From Sedimentisphaera cyanobacteriorum (GTDB lineage Bacteria; Planctomycetota; Phycisphaerae; Sedimentisphaerales; Sedimentisphaeraceae), in assembly GCF_001997385.1 (NCBI RefSeq), contig NZ_CP019633.1:270001-302000 (forward strand): 32,000 nt of DNA, given 5' to 3'. How positions within the stretch are numbered: the stretch's first letter is position 1; each line of letters opens with the position of its first letter. The translations under genes and the position numbers were made by a program. Below the pieces are notes generated by a model that saw only the letters and a program-made list of their open reading frames with translations, was not told the DNA's origin and ran no database searches. This document shows positions 7,837 to 14,472 of the stretch, piece after piece.

Positions 7837-8858
7837 TGAAGCCTGAAATATCAGTTATTATGCCGCTTTACAATAAAGAAAAGACTGTGAAAAGGGCAAT
7901 AGATTCTATCCTCGCTCAGAGCTTCGAGGATTTTGAGCTTATAATAGTTAATGACGAATCAAACGATTCGAGCAGGGAAATTGCTGCTTGCTGCAGCGAT
8001 CAGCGGATTCGCATAATAGACCGCGAGAACGGCGGGTCGGGCGCGGCGAGAAATACCGGCATTGAAAACGCAAACGCCGGCCTGCTTGCTTTTCTCGATG
8101 CCGATGATGAGTGGGTGCCTTTATACCTGCAGAACGCTTACAATGAGATGAAGCGGGCCAACGTGGGAATCGTGGGCACAACTTACTACGAATTCCCTAA
8201 GGGCATTGATATTGCAGACAATCTTGGCAAAACCGCTCTGCGCGAGGGAATAGGAAAGATATCTGCCCGTGATAATACGCTCAGCGCGTTCGAAAGGCTT
8301 CAGTTTTTCCATGTCGGAAATTCGCTTGTAAAAACCGACCTTGCCCGAAATGTACGGGGATTCGATAACAAAAAACGCAACGGCGTTGATACGGTTTTCT
8401 TTTATAAAGTGCTTGCAAATGCCGAATATTCTATCATTACCCCATCAGCCGTGATACATCACCGAGATGCAAGCGGGCTTTCAAACAAAGTCCCATCGCA
8501 ATTGCCTACGATTTTTCTCGACCCGTCCTGCATACTGAATTTCTGTCCGAAAGAGCTCAGGGGCAAGATGGAAGAAGTGATAAGCTATGTTTCGCTTATG
8601 GAAGCGAGGAGGCGTGCGAGGCGGGGGATGAAGGCGGATGCTGAATTTCTCCATCAGTCTTTCCCGAAAATGAAGGAATTTTCAAAGCTCTATTCAAAGC
8701 TTCAGCGGGAAATGGCTTTCAGCCTGTACTTTAAGTATTGGACAGCCTTCAAGCGGCTTCTCGGCCCTCCTGCAAGGCGATTCTGCCGTGAAAGGTTCGC
8801 AGGCAGAAGCTTTCACAAGCTTGAGGATGTGCTTGACGAGGCGGGCAGAAGTGAGTGA
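7836..8858 (+). CDS. Family 2 glycosyltransferase, paralogue 2
   Basis: 340 aa. Motifs are ISVIMPLYNKEKTVKRAIDSILAQS, LIIVNDESNDSS, GSGAARNTGI and LAFLDADDEW. The ATG overlaps the previous stop as TGATG. Confidence 0.9.
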   Translation: MKPEISVIMPLYNKEKTVKRAIDSILAQSFEDFELIIVNDESNDSSREIAACCSDQRIRIIDRENGGSGAARNTGIENANAGLLAFLDADDEWVPLYLQNAYNEMKRANVGIVGTTYYEFPKGIDIADNLGKTALREGIGKISARDNTLSAFERLQFFHVGNSLVKTDLARNVRGFDNKKRNGVDTVFFYKVLANAEYSIITPSAVIHHRDASGLSNKVPSQLPTIFLDPSCILNFCPKELRGKMEEVISYVSLMEARRRARRGMKADAEFLHQSFPKMKEFSKLYSKLQREMAFSLYFKYWTAFKRLLGPPARRFCRERFAGRSFHKLEDVLDEAGRSE

Positions 8859-9852
8859 GAAGAGGCTGAAAATATCAGCTGTCCTGCCGGCATACAATTC
8901 TGCTGAAAGGATAGGCAAAAGCATACAAAGCGTACTCTCCCAGAGGCGTGCTCCCGATGAGATTATAGTAGTCAACGACGGGTCAGCAGACCACACCCCG
9001 CAGGTTGTTCGAAGTTTTGGAAAAAGGGTTAGGCTTATTGAACAGGAAAATCAGGGGGCAAGCGCTGCGAGAAACGCGGGTATAAAAGCAGCAGAAGGTG
9101 ATTGGATTGCCTTTCTCGATTCCGATGATGAGTGGCTGGAAACACATCTTGAAACGCAGGAAAGCATACTCCTTGAGAATTCGTTTCTCGTTTGGTCTTC
9201 AGCGAACCATATAAATTACCTTCAATCAGAAAACAGGAGCTTCCCTTTCACTCCTCCCGAAACTGCGGCAAATATACTTAACGGCAAAAACTATCACGAA
9301 AACTATTTCAGAGCATTCAGGAAACAGGCCTCAGGCTGTACGGATACGATGGTTATCAGGAAGGATGTTCTGCTTGAATGCGGGCTTTTCCGTGAGCAGC
9401 AGAAAATAGCGAACGACCTTGATATGTGGTTTCGCATTGCTCACCGGTATCCGCGGATAGGTTATTCCTCCGAGCCGGCCGCTATATATCATCTAGATGC
9501 AGAATGGAGCATAAGCAGGCGGCTGTGCACGATAGATGAATTTGCAAACCTGCTCAACCGCCACATAAAACTCGCCGGCGATGCAGGCAGCCTTAATGCC
9601 TTCTCAGAGCATATCGGCTGGCAGGTGCCTGCTTGGTGCAGGGCGAGCCTCTTCGATAACAGGGCATATCAGGTCAGGCAGTTTGCAAAACAGTTTGCGA
9701 GATACTTACCGGCTTGGAAATATTTTGTTATAATGACTCTCACGCTAACTCCCGGGCTTACTATGCGAACTCTCAGGGCGATATCTAAAGTTGTTCGCAA
9801 AACCGGAATTAGAAAACGTGCAGTCAGGCCGCCGAAGAAAATCGATGAGTGA
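8851..9852 (+). CDS. Family 2 glycosyltransferase, paralogue 3
   Basis: Motifs are ISAVLPAYNSAERIGKSIQSVLSQ, IIVVNDGSADHT, GASAARNAGI and IAFLDSDDEW. The track ORF opens at 8788. I prefer GTG 8851 (GTGAGTGA overlapping the upstream stop, with GAGG 9 nt upstream) because the junction is homologous to the next one at 9845. ATG 8827 is an alternative start. Confidence 0.85.
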   Translation: MSEKRLKISAVLPAYNSAERIGKSIQSVLSQRRAPDEIIVVNDGSADHTPQVVRSFGKRVRLIEQENQGASAARNAGIKAAEGDWIAFLDSDDEWLETHLETQESILLENSFLVWSSANHINYLQSENRSFPFTPPETAANILNGKNYHENYFRAFRKQASGCTDTMVIRKDVLLECGLFREQQKIANDLDMWFRIAHRYPRIGYSSEPAAIYHLDAEWSISRRLCTIDEFANLLNRHIKLAGDAGSLNAFSEHIGWQVPAWCRASLFDNRAYQVRQFAKQFARYLPAWKYFVIMTLTLTPGLTMRTLRAISKVVRKTGIRKRAVRPPKKIDE

Positions 9853-10864
9853 TAAGATGAAAATATCTGTGATTATCCCTGCCTTCAACAATGCTGATAC
9901 GATCAGCAGGGCAGTGGATTCTGCGCTCAGCCAAACCCTTGAGCCTCTGGAGATAATAGTTGTGGACGACTGCAGCACGGATAAAACAATCGATGTTCTC
10001 AAGGGTTTTGAAGGCAGGATTCGTTTGCTTCAGAGAGACCAAAATCGCGGCCCGGGAGCTGCGAGAAACGACGGGATCAAGGCTATGGCCGGTGAGTGGG
10101 CAGCCTTTCTCGACGGCGACGATGAGTGGGCGCGGGATAAGCTCGAAATGCAGACGCTTTTTCTTAAACATAACCCTGAGCTGGTTTGGTGCGGCACGAA
10201 TTATTCAATCAAAAAGAACGGCCTGCAAAACACATCAATATCTAAAACGGAAGGCGAAGTGAAGGGAGAATATTTTTCCCTTATGAATAAAGGCCTCTGC
10301 TCAAGCTCTACGATAACGCTAATGATAAAGGCCGATGTGTTTGCAGTGAGCGGGCTGTTTGAGCCTCAGGTTTACAGAAACGAAGACAGAGACCTGTACT
10401 GGCGGATAGCTATGGATTTTCCGGAATACGGTTTTATAAACAAGCCTCTGTCCGTTCAGTATATGGGGCGGGGCAGCGAGGAGGCAATGGCGAAAAGAGC
10501 GGCCGCCAAAGACGGCAGATACCTCTTCCCGCTGATAGACAGAAGCCTTGAGAACGCCCGAAGGAAGGGCAGATTAGAAAAATTCCGCCCGTTTGCAGGT
10601 AAAATTGTGAGGAACGCGATGCTCTCTATGGCGTTTCTTGAGCTTTGGAAGCCATTCGGGAAATCTGGAGAAAAATATTCACACCTGCTTCCGGTTCACT
10701 ACAAAGCACTGCTTTGTCTGTGCAGGAGCGTTCCGTTCTCTTCGCCTGCTATGAGATGCGCTTATCGGATTCTCAAACTTGCCGGACTCACAGGCAGCGA
10801 CAGATTCCTCGATTACTGGAAATATATCAAAGCTAACGGCCTGCCCGCCGAGGTGCAGGAATGA
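9845..10864 (+). CDS. Family 2 glycosyltransferase, paralogue 4
   Basis: Motifs are ISVIIPAFNNADTISRAVDSALSQT, IIVVDDCSTDKT, GPGAARNDGI and AAFLDGDDEW. The track ORF opens at 9791. I prefer ATG 9845 (ATGAGTGA overlapping the upstream stop), which gives the typical short GT2 N-terminus MSDKMKISVIIP. Confidence 0.85.
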   Translation: MSDKMKISVIIPAFNNADTISRAVDSALSQTLEPLEIIVVDDCSTDKTIDVLKGFEGRIRLLQRDQNRGPGAARNDGIKAMAGEWAAFLDGDDEWARDKLEMQTLFLKHNPELVWCGTNYSIKKNGLQNTSISKTEGEVKGEYFSLMNKGLCSSSTITLMIKADVFAVSGLFEPQVYRNEDRDLYWRIAMDFPEYGFINKPLSVQYMGRGSEEAMAKRAAAKDGRYLFPLIDRSLENARRKGRLEKFRPFAGKIVRNAMLSMAFLELWKPFGKSGEKYSHLLPVHYKALLCLCRSVPFSSPAMRCAYRILKLAGLTGSDRFLDYWKYIKANGLPAEVQE

Positions 10865-11736
10865 GCAAAGCGGCTGTAGGCATACTCACATTCAACCGCT
10901 CAAAGGAGCTTCGAAGAGCTGTAGATTCTGTGCTTACGCAGATCAGCCCGGGGGATGAATTGATTGTTGCAGACAACAACTCCTCCGACAACACCGAAGA
11001 GGTTGTGAAAAACAGCTATCCGCAGGTTCGATACATTAAAAACAGCTCCAATCTGGGCGGGCCTGCCGGACGAAATGAAATATTCAAAATCTGCGGCTCT
11101 GATTTTATCATAAATCTCGATGATGACGGCTGGCTTGAAGAGGGGGCTGTGGATAAGGTGCGGGAGGCCTTCGATTCAGACCCTGCCCTTGGCGTTGTCG
11201 TTTTCCGGCAGCGTTATCCTGAAAGCGATGCCGGAGCGAGGCAGTTCGAACAGGCAGGCAGAGAGCCCGCTCATTTCTATGAAGGCGTTTGCGCTTTTCG
11301 CATGGAGATGCTTGCGGATGTAGGGCTGTACCCGGACGATTTCTTTCAGTATCATGAGGCTCTGGATTTAGGCATCAGAATCCTTGACTCAAAATGGAAG
11401 ATGGTTTCCCGTCCGGATGTGGTTATGTGGCATCCGAAGGTTGGCGGGGGCGGGGCAAACGAAGACGGACGCTGGGATTATTACAAATTTCGGAATTATC
11501 TCTTTGTTGTTACGCGAAGATTCCCGTTTCCGCAGAATATACTTTTCTTTATGCGGAAGCTCGGGCTGTATTTTTTCTATGCCCTCAAGCATAAAACTGT
11601 GAATAAATATTTCGCTGCTTTAAAAGATGTGCTCAAAGCCCTGCCCGATTCTTCGAAATATGCGAAGGTCAGCAGGCAGACAGTCCGCAGGTATTATAAG
11701 GTAATGAAGAGGGTGGAGCGTGAGATGTTCGATTAA
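10861..11736 (+). CDS. Family 2 glycosyltransferase, divergent fifth member (rhamnosyl/galactofuranosyl-transferase-like)
   Basis: 291 aa. Motifs are VGILTFNRSKELRRAVDSVLTQ, LIVADNNSSDNT and INLDDDGW (DxD). The ATG overlaps the previous stop as ATGA. Confidence 0.85.
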   Translation: MSKAAVGILTFNRSKELRRAVDSVLTQISPGDELIVADNNSSDNTEEVVKNSYPQVRYIKNSSNLGGPAGRNEIFKICGSDFIINLDDDGWLEEGAVDKVREAFDSDPALGVVVFRQRYPESDAGARQFEQAGREPAHFYEGVCAFRMEMLADVGLYPDDFFQYHEALDLGIRILDSKWKMVSRPDVVMWHPKVGGGGANEDGRWDYYKFRNYLFVVTRRFPFPQNILFFMRKLGLYFFYALKHKTVNKYFAALKDVLKALPDSSKYAKVSRQTVRRYYKVMKRVEREMFD

Positions 11737-11774
11737 AAAAGGCCCGCCCCTTTTTCGGACGAGCCTTTCTGTTT
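11735..11774. terminator. Imperfect bidirectional intrinsic terminator closing the GT2 operon (+) and the minus-strand unit
   Basis: AAAGGCCCGCC (11738-11749) pairs with GGACGAGCCTTT (11757-11768), with 2 mismatches. An A6 run precedes it, which reads as T6 on the minus strand. TTTCTGTTT follows on the plus strand. Confidence 0.45.
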
Positions 11775-11796
11775 AGTTTAGCAAAATCTCCTTAAT

Positions 11797-11986
11797 TTAA
11801 CGAAACCAAATTATCGTTAAACGCCTTCACCTGCACTCAGTCGAGCGCCATTTTAGGTATCGTCTTCGTCGGCCCCTCGAGATTTGCTGAGCTTGCAGGG
11901 TGCGTTTGAATGTCTTGGCCGACGCTTTAAGAAAAGCGCCGGCGGTCCACAATAAAACGTATCCTCTAACAGTCCGCAAAGGACTG
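11797..11986. other. Cluster of four stable hairpins in non-coding DNA (candidate structured 3' UTR or ncRNA, family unknown)
   Basis: H2 pairs TTAACGA (11797-11803) with TCGTTAA (11814-11820). H3 is an interrupted 16-19 bp helix with arms CCTGCA-CTCAG-TCGAG (11830-11845) and CTCGA..CTGAG..TGCAGG (11876-11899). H4 pairs GCCG-A-CGCTTT (11918-11928) with AAAGCG-C-CGGC (11933-11943). H5 pairs CAGTCC (11970-11975) with GGACTG (11981-11986). All pairings were worked out by hand from the sequence. Confidence 0.4.
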
Positions 11987-12005
11987 GTTGGCATTGATTA
12001 AGTTT

Positions 12006-12182
12006 TTAGTAGAACATATTGAAGCTGTTGGCTGGTATTCCGCCCGCTTCAGCGGTTGCAAAGCTCAAGAGGGCTAATGTTGCTGCGAAAAGCAGCACAA
12101 GGAGTATAAATACAGCTATCTCTGCCCCCTCAAGATGATTGCCGCCTTCAAATCGTGTTAAGTTGTGTTTTCGGACGCTCAT
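12006..12182 (-). CDS. Small single-TM protein, possibly a Flp/Fap-type prepilin-like peptide
   Basis: 58 aa from ATG 12182; the track ORF opens at GTG 12197. The sequence is MSVRKHNLTRFEGGNHLEGAEIAVFILLVLLFAATLALLSFATAEAGGIPANSFNMFY. It has a basic leader, G-x4-E (GGNHLEG, compared with the Flp G/xxxxEY site) and a ~21-aa hydrophobic stretch. GAAAGGG lies 6 nt upstream of the ATG. The call rests on weak motif-level evidence only. Confidence 0.4.
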   Translation of the reverse strand: MSVRKHNLTRFEGGNHLEGAEIAVFILLVLLFAATLALLSFATAEAGGIPANSFNMFY

Positions 12183-12217
12183 GGCTAACCCTTTCACTTA
12201 ACTTCCTTCTACATTTT

Positions 12218-12245
12218 ATACTAACATATTAAATCCCATGTTCAA
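12218..12245 (-). promoter_or_regulatory. Sigma-70-like promoter candidate for the small ORF
   Basis: On the minus strand TTGAAC occupies 12245-12240. A 16-nt spacer ending in TGT follows, giving an extended -10 TGn, then TAGTAT at 12223-12218. This sits about 35 nt upstream of ATG 12182. Confidence 0.35.
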
Positions 12246-12283
12246 GGCTTTTCTGGTTTTTTTGCAAGGGGCTGAGAGGGTTT

Positions 12284-13759
12284 TTAATCCTGCGCGCCGG
12301 AAATTCCCCAGTGGCCGGCTATGATTGTAAAATGAGCTAAATTTACTGTGCAGTCATCCCCGAGCATTTCTTCAAGCCCGCTGCCAAGGCAGGCAGAGAG
12401 CCAGTTTTCAGCTGCAATCTCAAGATCTGCCAGATTTATTCTGCAGTCTTCGTTTATATCGCCCTGAGCTAGAGATATGCTGCATACAGGCTCAATTTTT
12501 GTGAATTGGAAAATCTGATTATTCTGTCCGCTTCCCTGCCACTGAATTATATTAGCTCCGTCAGCTTTTGATACCGAGCTTACATCCATTGCCTTTTCGC
12601 TGTTTTTGGATGTAAGAGAGAAATTTCCGTTTTCGCTGGGGACAAGCCGCCATTTTTGGCTCGCATGACCGCTGAAGGATAATTGCTGGAGATTCGCCCC
12701 GTTGCCGGCAGACTGATTCTTAACCGAAAGGCACTTATCCTCTGCGTGGCGGGGGGTTAGGCGGAAAAAGCCTTCGCCCGCATCCTGCAGCTTCCACTGC
12801 TGGTTGTCCCCGCATGAGAAGCTGCTCTGCTCTACATTAGCCCCCTCCGCAGTGGATGCTCCGCTAACTTCAATGCATTTGCCGCTGTGCTGCGGAGTGA
12901 TTCTATACCAGAAGCCCTGTTTGGGCTCGCTGCCGATACTTTCCGCCGGCTGCTGTAAATTTTTCACTACAAAGGTATGAACGCTGTTTTGCTCAATCTC
13001 TGCTGTGAATGTTTTTCCGGAAATGGGGATATCGCTTTGCCGTTCATACTGCTCGCTTGAATCCGCGAGTGTGCGCCAGTTTTTTACAGGGCCTTCTGCT
13101 GATTCGAATGCGGACAGATCAAAGTTGTAATCCTGCGTGTCGCTTTCGTTTACAACTACAATCACGAGCCTTTCTTTTTCAGGGCTGAAAGATACAACTG
13201 TATCTTCCCTGCCGCTGCTTAGGATTAGATCTCCCTGCTGGATTTTGCGGGTGAACTGAGCGAGAACGAAAAATTTGTTCTCAGCCTGGCCGATCCAGCT
13301 GTTCGGGAGATTTGCGTCGATAAGGCCCCAGTTTGCCCAGTCCAGAGGCTGCCAGTAGCACCAGGCATTGGGATGAAGATAGCGGAAGTCGAGGCATATA
13401 TTTTTCGCCATTTCCATTCCTGTCGGGTCGCTGCCGCCGTATTCGCTGCTCCAAAGCCGCTTGCCTGCATTTCGGTAGTAAAGCTGTTCTCTCGGGCCGT
13501 TTGTTCCCTGATAACCGTGCACGTTTGTCTGGCCGATTTTTGATTTTGTTTCGGCGTCGAAGGCATCAAGCGTGTTCAGTGCCATTGTGAATGTTGATTC
13601 ATCCGAGGCGGATATCTTGAGCTCAGAGAGCCCCCCTTGAATCCAGCTCGCCGCGCAGAAGACCAATGATTTGAGCCTGAGAGGAACGGTCGAAATGGCA
13701 GCCTTCCTGATTATTGTCGGCATCCCACCAGCCTGCGATCGGTTCGTTGAAAGGGTCAA
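12284..13759 (-). CDS. C-terminal fragment of a frameshifted GH30 glycoside hydrolase: rest of the catalytic barrel, ricin-type beta-trefoil (CBM13-like) and a dockerin-like pair
   Basis: From about residue 44 (LSELKISASDES..NVHGYQG..LWSSEYGG..CYWQPLDWANWGLI) it continues the GH30 fold. Three trefoil lobes follow, with QQW, QKW and QIFQF. The C-terminus carries GDINEDCRINLADL and GDDCTVNLAHF. The first ~43 codons of the ORF are out-of-frame overlap with the upstream fragment, so this is not an independent gene. Confidence 0.8.
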   Translation of the reverse strand: MTLSTNRSQAGGMPTIIRKAAISTVPLRLKSLVFCAASWIQGGLSELKISASDESTFTMALNTLDAFDAETKSKIGQTNVHGYQGTNGPREQLYYRNAGKRLWSSEYGGSDPTGMEMAKNICLDFRYLHPNAWCYWQPLDWANWGLIDANLPNSWIGQAENKFFVLAQFTRKIQQGDLILSSGREDTVVSFSPEKERLVIVVVNESDTQDYNFDLSAFESAEGPVKNWRTLADSSEQYERQSDIPISGKTFTAEIEQNSVHTFVVKNLQQPAESIGSEPKQGFWYRITPQHSGKCIEVSGASTAEGANVEQSSFSCGDNQQWKLQDAGEGFFRLTPRHAEDKCLSVKNQSAGNGANLQQLSFSGHASQKWRLVPSENGNFSLTSKNSEKAMDVSSVSKADGANIIQWQGSGQNNQIFQFTKIEPVCSISLAQGDINEDCRINLADLEIAAENWLSACLGSGLEEMLGDDCTVNLAHFTIIAGHWGISGAQD

Positions 13760-14387
13760 CGGTAGTAAAGCTTACGCCGAAATTATTCTTGAAATATTCT
13801 GCCGCAGCTGCCATATACAAGGCATGTTCATCCAATCTGTCCTGAGCGAGGTTGTCTTCTGAACCTGATGCTGATCCGGAGGGATTGTTGTTTTTGCACA
13901 TCCACCACATCGGCGAGTTGGAAAAAAGCTCAAAACGGTTTGCCCCTCTGGCCTTGGCTTTTTGAAGCATCTGTCTCTGCCGGTAATCGACAGACCAGTC
14001 CCAGCTTTCTGAATACGGGTCGCTGCTGCGCCAGTCTATCCAAAAGCCTTCTATTTGGCGAGAGTCTCCTATATTAGGCGATTCCTGCATTTGAGTGCCG
14101 TTGATTGAATTCCAGCTGCATGCACCTGCATTGTATCGTACGATATTCATCCCGAGCCCGGGCAGAGATTTTCCGTTCAGCTCGGTGTAGTCATAGGTGA
14201 AGAGGATATCTGCAAGGTCGTGGCGGTTTCCGAATTCAGCTGCCCACCAGCAAAGTGAACATCCCCAGCCTTCCCACTCGCCCCAGCAGGTCGATTTATC
14301 AATAACAACATTCTGAGAAGAGAATGCTGCGGATGAGATAAACAGCAGTAAAGCGGAGGTGAAAGTTGATATTCGAGTTTTTTTCAC
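13623..14387 (-). CDS. N-terminal fragment of the same frameshifted GH30 glycoside hydrolase (signal peptide plus first half of the barrel)
   Basis: It uses a GTG start preceded by GAAAGGG. The signal peptide is MKKTRISTFTSALLLFISSAAFS. GH30-type blocks (beta-1,6-glycanase-like) are GWGCSLCWWA, NIVRYNAGA, ELFSNSPMWWM, DPFNEPIAGWW (acid/base region) and NQEGCHF. The frame ends at TGA 13623-13625, right after a G6 run. Confidence 0.8.
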   Translation of the reverse strand: MKKTRISTFTSALLLFISSAAFSSQNVVIDKSTCWGEWEGWGCSLCWWAAEFGNRHDLADILFTYDYTELNGKSLPGLGMNIVRYNAGACSWNSINGTQMQESPNIGDSRQIEGFWIDWRSSDPYSESWDWSVDYRQRQMLQKAKARGANRFELFSNSPMWWMCKNNNPSGSASGSEDNLAQDRLDEHALYMAAAAEYFKNNFGVSFTTVDPFNEPIAGWWDADNNQEGCHFDRSSQAQIIGLLRGELDSRGAL

Positions 14388-14472
14388 GGCAAACCCTTTC
14401 AGTTATTTTGATATATTCCTTCAGATGGCCATAAACGGCCAGCATTATATATCGTGAGAAGGGGCGGATTTT

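Noticed and set aside
8788-8850. Upstream extensions of GT2 paralogues 3 and 4 (track starts at 8788 and 9791).
   Set aside because: They would overlap the preceding genes by 71 and 62 nt and add non-conserved N-termini. The homologous R-TGAGTGA junctions give canonical short GT2 N-termini.
11830-11899. Possibility that the 70-nt structured element is a tRNA or tRNA-like gene.
   Set aside because: It folds as one long interrupted hairpin, not a cloverleaf. It has no GTTCGA-type T-loop or conserved D-loop residues.
13600-13660. Programmed ribosomal frameshifting as the explanation for the split GH30 gene.
   Set aside because: Joining the frames needs a +1 shift at a G6 run. I see no known +1 stimulatory context, such as a rare or stop codon in the A-site with an upstream SD-like element at the right spacing. 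A homopolymer length error or mutation is the more parsimonious explanation. This remains open until reads are checked.
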